A stretch of DNA of 64,000 nt, taken from positions 192,001 to 256,000 of the forward strand of contig CAVSLC010000005.1 in NCBI GenBank assembly GCA_963728565.1, given 5' to 3'. The DNA is from an uncultured delta proteobacterium (GTDB taxonomy: Bacteria > Desulfobacterota > Binatia > UBA9968). A program made the translations under genes and the position numbers. Below the pieces are notes generated by a model, which worked only from the letters and a program-made list of their open reading frames with translations, ran no database searches and had not been told where the DNA came from. Each line of letters opens with the position of its first letter. Position 1 is the stretch's first letter. Shown one piece after another: positions 9,886 to 19,828 of this stretch.

Positions 9886-10647
9886 ATGCAAGGTTCATTT
9901 GTCGGAACCGAGATCGATAGAAGAAACTCTATGGCTTCTTGCGGTTCTATGATGGCGTTGGGTGACACCCGCGCCGCGAGAAAGACAGGGTCGGCGACCG
10001 GTAGGCTCGAATCGTCGAGCAGATCCAACGCATCCAGACGGAAACAGACCTCCGATAAAGACGATCCGTCGCTGATCGAGCGGCTCAAAGCCGGTGATCA
10101 CGAGGCGCTTGAGACCATCGTCGATCTCTATTCACCAAAGCTCTACAACGTAGCGCAACGAATTCTCGGCGACAGCGCGGATACCGAGGAAGTCATCCAA
10201 GACGTCTTCTGGACCGTCTTTCGCAAGGCCAAGACTTTCCAGGGGAACTCCCGGTTTTCAACCTGGCTTTATCGCTTGACCGTAAACCAGGCTTTGGGAA
10301 GAATCCGGCGCCGCAAAAATCATAAAAGAGAGATCGAGTACGAAGAATACCTGCCCAAGTTTACCGAGGATGGTCACCATCGGATCCGTCCCGTGGTCGA
10401 CTGGTCCGATACTCTCGATCGGAGTTATCTCGAACGAGAAATACAGCGGGTCGTTGAAGCTGCTTTGGAGGGATTGAAACCCCTCGACCGTAGCGTCGTC
10501 GTTCTCAGCGATTTGGAAGGCATGTCGGACAAAGAGATCGCGACTATCTCGCATCTGACTGTGTCTGCGGTGAAGACCCGGCTTCATCGCGCCCGGCTTT
10601 TTTTGCGCGGCCGATTAGCCACATATCTCGGCCACTCGGCCGAATAA
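9886..10647 (+). CDS. ECF sigma-70 factor
   Basis: Region 2 EEVIQDVF...SRFSTWLYRLTVN; region 4 EGMSDKEIA...SAVKTRLHRAR; aggag RBS before ATG 9886. Confidence 0.93.
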   Translation: MQGSFVGTEIDRRNSMASCGSMMALGDTRAARKTGSATGRLESSSRSNASRRKQTSDKDDPSLIERLKAGDHEALETIVDLYSPKLYNVAQRILGDSADTEEVIQDVFWTVFRKAKTFQGNSRFSTWLYRLTVNQALGRIRRRKNHKREIEYEEYLPKFTEDGHHRIRPVVDWSDTLDRSYLEREIQRVVEAALEGLKPLDRSVVVLSDLEGMSDKEIATISHLTVSAVKTRLHRARLFLRGRLATYLGHSAE

Positions 10648-10674
10648 TGGAGACTGCTGAAATTTGAAACCTTT

Positions 10675-10703
10675 GCAACCTTTATCGACAAACGAGCATC
10701 TAA
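10675..10703 (+). promoter_or_regulatory. Putative ECF promoter copy 1
   Basis: GCAACC-N16-CATCTAA upstream of 10732. Confidence 0.75.
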
Positions 10704-10731
10704 AACCCAAGCCTGAGATTACATCGGAGGC

Positions 10732-10974
10732 ATGATCATGGAAAAAACCCGAACCCCGTACATACAGTTTCCGCCGAAAAAGAGTCCCATTCAGACTACT
10801 TTTATGGACCTGATCCAGGAACTCAGCCAACTCACCAACGACGACGGCATGGTCGTCGCGGCGGTTAAAAGAGTCTTCAATTCTCATACTGTACGGTTCG
10901 CTCACTCGCTGACGCCCGTGCGCCTGGTCGCCGGAGGGAGAACCTTGAAATCACGCATCCGTGCGCGCCGGTGA
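10732..10974 (+). CDS. Small hypothetical protein between sigma and anti-sigma
   Basis: ggagg RBS; 80-aa ORF directly after the motif promoter. Confidence 0.65.
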   Translation: MIMEKTRTPYIQFPPKKSPIQTTFMDLIQELSQLTNDDGMVVAAVKRVFNSHTVRFAHSLTPVRLVAGGRTLKSRIRARR

Positions 10975-11048
10975 GCTGCCGATTGCCGGCCGGTCACAAT
11001 CGATTGGAGGATTTGCAAATTATTGCCGCTGTCGAGATAAATAGGAGG

Positions 11049-11369
11049 ATGAAACGCCATCGCTCCTCTCCGAGCAGAAAACGTGTCGGCTCGTCAAACA
11101 ACAACAAGACGGGCGAAAGCCGATTTCGGCCGCTGACCTGCGAAAAAGAAACCGCCCTGATCGCCGACTATCTCGCGTCGAATCTCGGCCCCGCAGACCT
11201 CGCGTCGTTCGAAAATCATCTCGAAGAGTGCCCCGATTGCAAGGCGTTTTTGCGGACCTACAAGAAGACTATCGAAATCACCCGCAGCTTCCTCGAGCTT
11301 GAATCTGCCAAAGCGCGCCAGCGCAAACCGGCGCGGCGCGCCGCGAACAGCCGGCAGCGCCGGAACTAA
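11049..11369 (+). CDS. Zinc-binding anti-sigma factor (zf-HC2/ZAS), soluble
   Basis: LTC...IADYL...FENHLEECPDC (HxxxCxxC); ATG 11049 after aggagg. Confidence 0.85.
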   Translation: MKRHRSSPSRKRVGSSNNNKTGESRFRPLTCEKETALIADYLASNLGPADLASFENHLEECPDCKAFLRTYKKTIEITRSFLELESAKARQRKPARRAANSRQRRN

Positions 11370-11378
11370 ATAATCTGT

Positions 11379-11407
11379 GCATCCTTTTTCCATCGACCCT
11401 CATCCAA
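11379..11407 (+). promoter_or_regulatory. Putative ECF promoter copy 2
   Basis: GCATCC-N16-CATCCAA. Confidence 0.7.
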
Positions 11408-11713
11408 ATGTGCACAGGATTCTACTGAACCCGGATTGCGCAGTTGAAGGAGAAGTCATGAGCGAGGAGCAAACCTTCCGCAGCGCAGACAATGCGTTTC
11501 TACCTTTGAGAGGCGACAACTGTCGGTGCCGTGCGTAACGACGTCACGCAAATAGAGGCGGCGAGCCAAGCATCAAAAAGGACTTTGAAACGGAACACTC
11601 CGGTGTCTTCGCTTCTCCAGGCTTGCCCCTCGCTCAATTTTTAACTGCGGAATCCGGGCTGACCCTTCCGGTTCGCTAACATCGACCATTCACCGTTTTC
11701 AAGGAGCTCGTGC

Positions 11714-12826
11714 ATGAAAGCTATAGCCGTTACGCCGAGAAAAAGAACCGTCGAAATTATCAATCAAGCCGAACCGCAGATTTTTTCCCCCACGGATGTC
11801 AAGCTGCGCATGCTGGAGGCCGGAGTCTGTGGCACGGACAGAGAAATCTGCGCCTTCGAATACGGGACCCCGCCTGCCGGTTCCGAGCAGCTGGTGATCG
11901 GCCACGAATCTATCGGCGAGGTGATAGAAACAGGTCCGAAAGTCACCCGCGTCAAAGCAGGAGACCTCGTCGTCCCAATGGTCCGCCGGCCGTGCCCGCA
12001 CGACCATTGCGCGGCCTGCCGCGCCGATCGTCAGGATTTTTGCTTCACCGGAGAATTTCAAGAACGGGGTATTAAAGAAAGGCACGGGTTCATGGCGCAG
12101 TTCGTTGTTGACGACGAAAAGTACATGAATCCCGTTCCGAGGGAAATGCGTGACGTTGCCGTTTTGGTAGAGCCGCTGACGATTGCTGAAAAGGGGCTGA
12201 CTCAAGTATGGCAAATGCAACAGCGCCTGCCTTGGGGCTGCCCGGTCACAACGGCAAAAGCAGCGGCTCATTGCCACCGGGCTGTTGTCCTGGGCGCGGG
12301 ACCGGTGGGATTGCTTGGGGCTATGGCCTTGATCAACTACGATTTTGAAACGTATGTTTATTCGCGAGAGCCCGCTCCGAATCCGAAGTCTCAACTACTC
12401 GAATCGATCGGCGCGCACTATATTTCGTCTGACAACATCGCTCCCGAAATGTTTCCCGAACAGATCGGCAACGTAGATTTAATCTACGAAGCGACGGGAG
12501 CTTCGAGCCTGGCCTTCGAAACGATGAAGTACCTCGGCACCAACGGCATCTTTATTTTTACAGGGGTGCCCGGCAGAAAACGCCCCATTCAAGTCGATAC
12601 CGACCTCATCATGCGCAATCTGGTTCTGAAAAACCAGGTCGTCTTCGGCACGGTCAATGCCGGGCGCGACTCCTTCGAAAACTCGATCCGCGATCTCGGC
12701 ACTTTCACCAAGCGTTGGCCCGAGGCGGTGCAGTCGCTGATCACCGGGCGCTTCCCAATGGAGGCTTACGGCGATCTTCTTCTCGGCCGCTCCGGAGGGA
12801 TCAAGAATGTCATCCGACTCAATTGA
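11714..12826 (+). CDS. Zn-dependent glucose 1-dehydrogenase (MDR family, archaeal-type)
   Basis: GVCGTDREI, GHE, VRRPC...CAACR...DFC, GAGPVG, VFGTVNA. Confidence 0.88.
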   Translation: MKAIAVTPRKRTVEIINQAEPQIFSPTDVKLRMLEAGVCGTDREICAFEYGTPPAGSEQLVIGHESIGEVIETGPKVTRVKAGDLVVPMVRRPCPHDHCAACRADRQDFCFTGEFQERGIKERHGFMAQFVVDDEKYMNPVPREMRDVAVLVEPLTIAEKGLTQVWQMQQRLPWGCPVTTAKAAAHCHRAVVLGAGPVGLLGAMALINYDFETYVYSREPAPNPKSQLLESIGAHYISSDNIAPEMFPEQIGNVDLIYEATGASSLAFETMKYLGTNGIFIFTGVPGRKRPIQVDTDLIMRNLVLKNQVVFGTVNAGRDSFENSIRDLGTFTKRWPEAVQSLITGRFPMEAYGDLLLGRSGGIKNVIRLN

Positions 12827-12947
12827 TCCGACGGATGGTTGTTAGAAGCATGTAGCGGGAACTTCGAAGAGCAGAGTGAGTTCGATATGCACCGTTTCGG
12901 ATGATCCCGACCTGGAACGCTGTGACCTTGAAGTCTACTGAGAGCAC

Positions 12948-13733
12948 ATGACGGACGCCTTGAAACGCCATTGGCCCGAATATCTGATGGAGGCTGCTTG
13001 CCTCGGCCTGTTTATGATCTCGGCCTTCACCTTCGGCGCGATTTTGGAATATCCTGGGTCGGCCGTTCATCAGGCTATTCCCTCCTCACTGCTGCGGCGA
13101 TTCTTGATGGGCATCGCGATGGGATTGACTGCTATCCTCATCATATATTCACCGTGGGGCAAACAATCCGGCGCCCATATCAACCCGTCGACTACCCTGA
13201 CGTTTTTTCGACTCGGCAAGGTCGCCAAATGGGATGCGATCTTCTACATCGTCGCGCAGTTCGGAGGCGGCATAACCGGGGCTCTTCTGGCTTCGGCCGT
13301 TCTGGCTGCATGGGTCTCCCATCCCTCGGTGAATTACGTTGTGACAATGCCGGGGAGCGCCGGCATCGCCGCCGCATTCGTCGCCGAAGTAGCGATTACT
13401 TTCATCCTGATGAGCGTAATTCTCCGTGTTTCAAACAATACCCGACTGCATAAACTCACCGGCTTGTGCGCGGGAGCGTTGGTCGCCGCCTACATAACCC
13501 TCGAAGCGCCGATCTCGGGAATGAGCATGAACCCCGCGCGTACCTTCGCTTCCGCAGTGCCGGCGCAGTATTGGACGTCGCTATGGCTTTACTTCACTGC
13601 TCCTTTGATCGGTATGCTGGCCGCCGCCGAGGTCCACCTACGAAGCCGGAGTCCCCGTGTCGGTTGCGCCAAACTGCACCACGAAAATCCGAAGCGCTGT
13701 ATATTTTGCGGCAAACCCGCCTCTAAAGCATAG
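12948..13733 (+). CDS. MIP/aquaporin with NPS/NPA motifs and Cys/His C-tail
   Basis: SGAHINPS, SMNPAR, six hydrophobic segments, tail CAKLHH...RCIFC. Confidence 0.92.
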   Translation: MTDALKRHWPEYLMEAACLGLFMISAFTFGAILEYPGSAVHQAIPSSLLRRFLMGIAMGLTAILIIYSPWGKQSGAHINPSTTLTFFRLGKVAKWDAIFYIVAQFGGGITGALLASAVLAAWVSHPSVNYVVTMPGSAGIAAAFVAEVAITFILMSVILRVSNNTRLHKLTGLCAGALVAAYITLEAPISGMSMNPARTFASAVPAQYWTSLWLYFTAPLIGMLAAAEVHLRSRSPRVGCAKLHHENPKRCIFCGKPASKA

Positions 13734-13866
13734 CGCTTGATAGCGCCGCGGCGCGGCATCGTTTTCGTTCACGCCGGGCATTCAAGATTAGCCGGGACGA
13801 ACGCTCGCCTGCCCGGAAAGACGGCGTGAAAGTTCAGTTGTGATTTAACCGCAGCGCCGCTCGGAT

Positions 13867-13895
13867 GCACCTTTTCTCGCGCGAAGCGCATCTAA
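13867..13895 (+). promoter_or_regulatory. Putative ECF promoter copy 3
   Basis: GCACCT-N16-CATCTAA upstream of 13935. Confidence 0.75.
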
Positions 13896-13934
13896 GCAGC
13901 ACGTAAAAAGATCCAGATAACCGGAGGGAAATCG

Positions 13935-14432
13935 ATGAAGCTCATTACGGCTGCCCTCGTAACAGTGACGCTACTGGCACTCTCTTCGGCCGGAGCGGAG
14001 CAGACCATTGAGAAAAAAGGGCTGACTCTGGACGGCGCGAAAAAAGTGATTGCGGCCGCGGTCGCCGCGGCTAAGAGCAAGAACGCGCCGGGCGGCGCCA
14101 TCGCCGTGGTCGACGAAGGAGGCAACCTCATCGCCGTCGAGCGGCTCGACAATACTTTTGCCGCCGGCGCCAACATCTCGATCGGCAAGGCGCGAACTGC
14201 AGTCCTGTTCAAGCGGCCGACGAAGTTCTTCGAAGATGTGATCAACAAAGGGCGCACCGCGATGACTAGTCTTAGTGATTTCACGCCGCTGCAGGGCGGC
14301 ATTCCGATCAGCGTCGATGGACAAATCATCGGCGCGGTAGGTGTTAGCGGCGCGGCCAGCGCCCAGCAAGACGAGGAACTCGCCATCGCTGGAGCCGACG
14401 CTTTGGCGACGAGCTCGGCGAAAATGCAATAG
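13935..14432 (+). CDS. Secreted GlcG/HbpS-family heme-binding protein
   Basis: IAVVDEGG, GKARTA, GGIPI...IGAVGVSG; signal peptide. Confidence 0.88.
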   Translation: MKLITAALVTVTLLALSSAGAEQTIEKKGLTLDGAKKVIAAAVAAAKSKNAPGGAIAVVDEGGNLIAVERLDNTFAAGANISIGKARTAVLFKRPTKFFEDVINKGRTAMTSLSDFTPLQGGIPISVDGQIIGAVGVSGAASAQQDEELAIAGADALATSSAKMQ

Positions 14433-14453
14433 ACCGCCAATTCAGGAGACGTC

Positions 14454-15314
14454 ATGAAATTCTTCAAGATTCTTATTGCACTGTCGTTTTTTTTCCTGCC
14501 GGCAACCGGAGCTCAGGCTCAACTGCAAGAGAAAAAAGTTCTAACTCTAGAGGCAGCCGAGAAAGTCGCCGCCGCCGCCGAGGCGGAAGCAAAAAAGAGA
14601 AATGCCACCGTCGTCATTGTCGTGGTGGACGACGGCGGGTATCCGATCGTCCTCAAGCGGCTCAATGACACTCAAGTCGCAAGTGTCGATGTAGGCATCG
14701 GCAAAGCGCGCACCGCGGCCATCTTCCGCCGGCCCAGTAAGGACTTTGAAGATCAGATCACGCAGGGTCGCACAGCGTCGCTCGTTCTTCCCGGGGCCAC
14801 CCCGCTGCAAGGAGGCCTTCCCCTCGTGTTTGATGGCAAGGTCGTTGGCGCGATTGGCGTCAGCGGCAACACGCCGCAGGAGGACGAAGACATAGCCAAC
14901 GCTGGCGCCGCCAGCTTCGAAGCGTCTAATAGAGCCGCCGCCGTATCGATAACCCACCTGCCGGCGAAGCAAGTAAGCCAGGCATTTGTTAAAGGAATGC
15001 CGCTGGTCAGGGGAAAGAATTACAAAGTTGACGCCAGCCACCGCAATGAACCGGGAATCGTGGAAGTTCACACGCGCGATACGGATATTATCTACATGCT
15101 CCAAGGCTCGGCGACTTTGGTAACCGGCGGAACTCTCGTTGATCCGAAAAATATCGAACCTGAAGAGATTCGCGGCCGGGAATCTAAAGAGGGAGAAACT
15201 CGTATGATTACCAAGGGCGACATCGTCGTCATCCCAAACGGCACACCGCACTGGTTCAAGGAAGTCAAAGACCCGATCGATTATTACGTCGTCAAGGTCA
15301 GAGCAGCTGACTAA
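14454..15314 (+). CDS. Secreted GlcG/HbpS-cupin fusion protein
   Basis: GlcG motifs followed by cupin EVH...GDIVVIPNGTPHWF. Confidence 0.85.
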   Translation: MKFFKILIALSFFFLPATGAQAQLQEKKVLTLEAAEKVAAAAEAEAKKRNATVVIVVVDDGGYPIVLKRLNDTQVASVDVGIGKARTAAIFRRPSKDFEDQITQGRTASLVLPGATPLQGGLPLVFDGKVVGAIGVSGNTPQEDEDIANAGAASFEASNRAAAVSITHLPAKQVSQAFVKGMPLVRGKNYKVDASHRNEPGIVEVHTRDTDIIYMLQGSATLVTGGTLVDPKNIEPEEIRGRESKEGETRMITKGDIVVIPNGTPHWFKEVKDPIDYYVVKVRAAD

Positions 15315-15328
15315 TTGAGGATACAAAC

Positions 15329-16988
15329 ATGACAAGGATCTTTCTGATAACCAGTATCGCCGCCCTTTTAGCTCTGCCCACCAAATTTGCCGCCGGAGCG
15401 GCGCCGGACGAATCGCTCGTCGGACGGAAGCCGGAAGCGACGATCGACCTTGCCACTCGACAAGGCGTGGAAACGGTGAAAGCCCAATGGCGCTACAGCG
15501 ACACAGAGATTGTCGAAGTCGATTTCAGATCCGCGGGACCTGACGGACAACCGAGCGGGACGCCAAATAAAGCCTACGACTTCACGCCGCATGCGGGCGG
15601 GGCCGACTTCGACGACTCCAACTGGGAAGTCATAGATTCCACGACTTTGGATCAACGCCGATCCGCTGGCAGACTCGGCTTCAACTGGTACAGGATCAAG
15701 ATCACCGTCCCGCAGCGAATCGGCAGTTTCGATCCAGCCGGCTCGACACTGGTCTTCGCCACGTCCGTCGACGACTATGCCGAAGTCTGGGTGGATGGAG
15801 AGTTGCCGCGCGCTGCCGGTCAGAGCGGCGGGTCAGTCGTCAAAGGCTGGAACGCAGAGAACCGGTTGATCGTCGGCCGTGACGTGAAGGCCGGCCAAAA
15901 GATCCAGCTCGCGATCTTCGGCATCAACGGTCCAATCTCCAATTCACCGACCAACTATATCTATGTGCGCTATGCGAAGCTCGAATTTCACAAAATTCCG
16001 GGCGGGCCTGTTGCGGTGATGCCACAAGAGGTCAACGTGGAAATAACGCCGGCTCGATCCGGCAATCGACGCTATCGTTCCACCCAACCCCAAAATTTTT
16101 AAGCTCGCCGAAGGCTTTCAATTCACCGAAGGACCCGTTTGGTTGCAAAACGGCGATTTTCTCTTCAGCGATCCGAACGCTAATAAAATCTACAAGTATG
16201 CGGCCGACGGAACGCTCTCGGTGTTCAAAGAGAACAGCGGTTACTCCGGCAAAGACATCACTGAATATTTCCAACCGGGCTCCAATGGGCTGACGCTCGA
16301 CCCGGATGGGAGACTGACGATCAATGAGCATGGTAACAGGCGGATCGTGCGGGTGGAAAAAGATGGAAAGCTAACGGTCCTCGCCGATCGCTTCGAAGGC
16401 AAGCGACTCAACAGTCCCAATGATCTCGTCTATCGCTCGGACGGAACGCTCTTCTTTAGCGATCCGCCTTTCGGCTTGCCGAAATTTTACGACGACGCGG
16501 CCAAGGAACTTCCCTACAGCGGCGTGTTCGCCCTCTATAAAGGCCAACTCAAGCTGGTGACAAGCGATCTGAAAGGGCCCAATGGAATCGCCTTTTCACC
16601 GGATGAAAAGTATCTCTATGTCGGCAACTGGGATCCGGAAAAAAAGATCGTAATGCGTTACGAAGTCAATCCCGACGCAACGCTGTCCAATGGAAAAGTC
16701 TTCTTCGACATGACCAGCTCGCCGGGACAAGACGCGATCGACGGCATCAAGGTCGATCAGCAAGGGAACCTCTACGTCTCCGGGCCCGGCGGGTTGTGGA
16801 TTCTTTCGCCGGCGGGCAAACACCTCGGGACAATTAAGGCACCGAAGCATCCGCACAACCTTGCGTGGGGTGGGGAAGACGGAAAAACCCTGTACTTGAC
16901 GGCACAGAGCACGCTTTACCGGATGCCGCTCAATATTCCCGGCATCCGTCCGGCGGATGTAATGAACAAACTCGCCGCGCAGCGTTAG
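15329..16988 (+). CDS. Secreted SMP-30/gluconolactonase with N-terminal beta-sandwich domain (frameshift near 16045)
   Basis: ORFs 15329..16102 and 16143..16988 join via RLDPAIDAIVP...FQFTEGPVW; GSNGL, NSPND, PNGIAFSPD, DGIKVD. Confidence 0.85.
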
Positions 16989-17141
16989 GTGAAAGAAATA
17001 GAAACGCCCAAAGAAACGGGAAGAATGGCAATCGCGACCTTAAATTCACTGGGCTCAGAGCAGAATATGCACCGGATCAAATGCGACTCGTTGCGAGTCC
17101 GAAGACGGCAGAAAATACAATTAGGAGAAAAGGGACAATTT

Positions 17142-17715
17142 ATGAGAGAGAGCACACCCTTAAACATCCCCGTCATATTGGGAACCACGCGCAAGGGCCG
17201 CATGAGTGAGCACGCCGCCCGCTTCATGGCGGGGCAGATCGAAAAGCGCAACGGGGTCAGAACCGAACTGATCGATATTTCCAAGCTTCCAATGCCCATC
17301 GATGATGCCGGGGAGGACATCAAAGATCCGGCGTTTTCAGAAAAGATGACGATGGCTGATGCGCTGGTGATCGTGACTCCGGAATACAATCACAGCTTTC
17401 CCGGACTTGCTCAAGCATGTTCTGGACAGCTGCCTGAAAGAATACATCCACAAGGCTGCCGGGATCGTCGGCGTGTCGGCCGGTCCTTTTGGCGGCGTAC
17501 GGGCAATCCAAGACTTTCTGCCGGTGATTCGTGAGCTGGGCCTGGTGAATATTTTCTGGGACGTCAATTTCGGCAACGTAAGCAAGGTCTTCGACGAATC
17601 CGGCAAGCTGCTCGACGAAGCCTTTGTTGCGCGCGCCGACAAGTTTTTGAACGAATTGGTTTGGATGGCGAAAACCTTGCGCTACGGGCGCGACAATATT
17701 GCTCTGGATAGCTGA
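17142..17715 (+). CDS. NADPH-dependent FMN reductase (frameshift near 17405)
   Basis: ILGTTRKGRMS...VTPEYNHSFPG + LKHVLD...SAGPFGGVRA. Confidence 0.85.
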
Positions 17716-17727
17716 CGGGAGGACGAC

Positions 17728-17916
17728 ATGGCGAAACAAAAGAGTGTGATGATTTGTTCGAATTGTGGCAGCGAGATGAATCATCACGCGGATAAGTTAA
17801 TCGATCCGGTGAAGCCGGAAGATCTGCGGCAGGTAAATTCCCAGCTCGGCGGCGTCATCGAAGAAATACACTGCTGTCCCGGATGCGGCGCCGCGGCTTC
17901 GCTTAGGGCAGAATGA
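17728..17916 (+). CDS. Small zinc-ribbon protein
   Basis: CSNCG...MNHHA...HCCPGCG; ggagg RBS. Confidence 0.7.
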   Translation: MAKQKSVMICSNCGSEMNHHADKLIDPVKPEDLRQVNSQLGGVIEEIHCCPGCGAAASLRAE

Positions 17917-17932
17917 GGGAGGGTGAGATTCC

Positions 17933-18616
17933 ATGAGCTTCGATACGACGAGCTTTGAAATCGGTAAAAACCGAATTGAGGCGCTCAGCGATGGCATATT
18001 TGCCATCGTCATGACCCTTCTTATCCTCGAGTTTCACGTCCCAAATCTGCCGTCCAACGCGCCCAATGTCGAGGTTGCGCCGGCGCTGGTTGCTTTGTTG
18101 CCCAAGTTCGCAAGCTACATCGTCACCTTTGTCAGCCTGGGATTCTTCTGGGTCGGTCATCATATCATGTACCATGCCATCCGGCGCGCCGACCGGACGC
18201 TTCTCTGGCTCAACATCTTCTTTTTCATGTTCGTTTCCATGCTCCCGTTCTCGACCAGCGTGCTGAATGCCTTTTCAGAAGCTTTCATCGCGCCGCTCTT
18301 CTTCGGAACCAACCTCGCGATTATCGGTTGGATGTTGTTCTTTCAATGGCGCTATGCAAGCTCGCAACCGGAGATGCTGGCTGCTTTTGTCAGTGCCGAA
18401 TACCGCAATTCGGTACGATCCCGCATGTTGATAGTCCCGGTGGCGACAACGCTGACCGTGTTCATCTGTTTTTGGAGCGTGGGGATTAGCCTGGCGATCT
18501 ATCTCTTGCTTCTTCCTCTGTACATGCTTCCCGGAAAATTAACGGGGCGGCTAAAACTGCTCAAGATTTCAGGCCCGCTTCGTAGAGCGGATTGTTCCTG
18601 CTCAGGAGGAAACTAG
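17933..18616 (+). CDS. TMEM175-family (DUF1211) potassium channel
   Basis: RIEALSDGIFAIVMTLL, FWVGHH, WLN...LPFST. Confidence 0.9.
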   Translation: MSFDTTSFEIGKNRIEALSDGIFAIVMTLLILEFHVPNLPSNAPNVEVAPALVALLPKFASYIVTFVSLGFFWVGHHIMYHAIRRADRTLLWLNIFFFMFVSMLPFSTSVLNAFSEAFIAPLFFGTNLAIIGWMLFFQWRYASSQPEMLAAFVSAEYRNSVRSRMLIVPVATTLTVFICFWSVGISLAIYLLLLPLYMLPGKLTGRLKLLKISGPLRRADCSCSGGN

Positions 18617-18665
18617 TTCCGGCGCTTTCGGGTGAGAGTTCAAAATCATTCTACGGAGGATAGCG

Positions 18666-19691
18666 ATGCGGAATCTTCGATTTTTCCTTGGAGTTTTAAC
18701 GATTGTTCTTTCGATCGCAGCATCCTCCGGGCATCTCTACAGTGAACAAGACAGTCTCCATATCATCGATGTCGTGCGCCTTGATTCTCGTTTCGACAAG
18801 CTCGTGCCGTCGAATCTGAAGATCGAGAAGATCGCCGGCGGCCACAAATGGGTGGAAGGACCGGTGTGGAACCGCCAAGAAGGCTACCTGCTCTTCTCGG
18901 ACATACCAAACAATTCGATCTATAGATGGCAGGAAGACAGAGGCGAAAGTCTGTTTCTAAAACCCAGCGGTTATACCGGCAAAGCTCCATTCGGAGGAGC
19001 CGAGCCGGGCTCGAACGGGCTGGCGTTCGATCCCGCGGGACGGTTGGCACTGGCGCAACACGGTAACCGCCGCATCGCCCGCCTCGAGAGAAGCGGCCGC
19101 ATGACCACGCTGGTGGATCGTTACGAGGGAAAGCGTATCAACAGCCCGAATGATCTGGTCTTCAAGTCAAACGGTGACCTTTATTTTACCGATCCGCCAT
19201 TTGGCTTACCGAAATCCTTCGACGATCCGCACAAAGAACTGCCGTTCCAGGGCGTCTACAGATTCTCCAAAGATGGCAAACTGACGCTCCTGACCAAAAA
19301 CATCAAAGCGCCGAACGGCATCGCGTTCTCGCCGGACGAGAAAAAGCTCTATGTCAGCAATGCCGACGCCAGTAATGCCATCTGGATGGTCTATGACGTG
19401 AAACCGGATGGCACCATCGCGAATGGAAAAACTTTGTTCAATGCTACGGCATGGACGAACAATAAACCTGGCGTGCCGGACGGCATCAAGATCGACAAAG
19501 ACGGCAACCTGTTTGCCGCCGGGCCAGGGGGTATTCATGTCATCGCGCCTGACGGCACTCATCTCGGCAGCATAGAGACAGGCGTACCGACGGGCAATCT
19601 GGCGTGGGGCGAGGATGGATCAACTCTTTTCATCACCTCGAACAAAACCGTTTATCGCTTGAAGCTCGGGACCAAAGGCGTTGGATTCTAG
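18666..19691 (+). CDS. Secreted SMP-30/gluconolactonase
   Basis: EGPVW, GSNGL, NSPND, PNGIAFSPD, PDGIKID; signal peptide. Confidence 0.92.
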   Translation: MRNLRFFLGVLTIVLSIAASSGHLYSEQDSLHIIDVVRLDSRFDKLVPSNLKIEKIAGGHKWVEGPVWNRQEGYLLFSDIPNNSIYRWQEDRGESLFLKPSGYTGKAPFGGAEPGSNGLAFDPAGRLALAQHGNRRIARLERSGRMTTLVDRYEGKRINSPNDLVFKSNGDLYFTDPPFGLPKSFDDPHKELPFQGVYRFSKDGKLTLLTKNIKAPNGIAFSPDEKKLYVSNADASNAIWMVYDVKPDGTIANGKTLFNATAWTNNKPGVPDGIKIDKDGNLFAAGPGGIHVIAPDGTHLGSIETGVPTGNLAWGEDGSTLFITSNKTVYRLKLGTKGVGF

Positions 19692-19731
19692 CCGGCATCC
19701 TTGGCGCCGCCAGATCTCGTGCAATCCAGAC

Positions 19732-19760
19732 GCATCCTTTGCCACAGTGCCGGCATCTAA
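19732..19760 (+). promoter_or_regulatory. Putative ECF promoter copy 4
   Basis: GCATCC-N16-CATCTAA upstream of 19829. Confidence 0.78.
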
Positions 19761-19828
19761 TCCTGTACGCACCATTTCGAATGATTCAGCGCGAGTATGC
19801 AAAACAAAAACTCACAAGGAGGAAAATC

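Noticed and set aside
13756-13785. Seventh ECF motif copy GCATCG-N17-CATTCAA
   Set aside because: The spacer is 17 nt and the -10 box is degenerate; a better copy lies 110 bp downstream.
14547-15335. Long antisense ORFs (also 26108-27369, 11699-12394)
   Set aside because: They are shadow frames of well-supported genes in GC-rich DNA.
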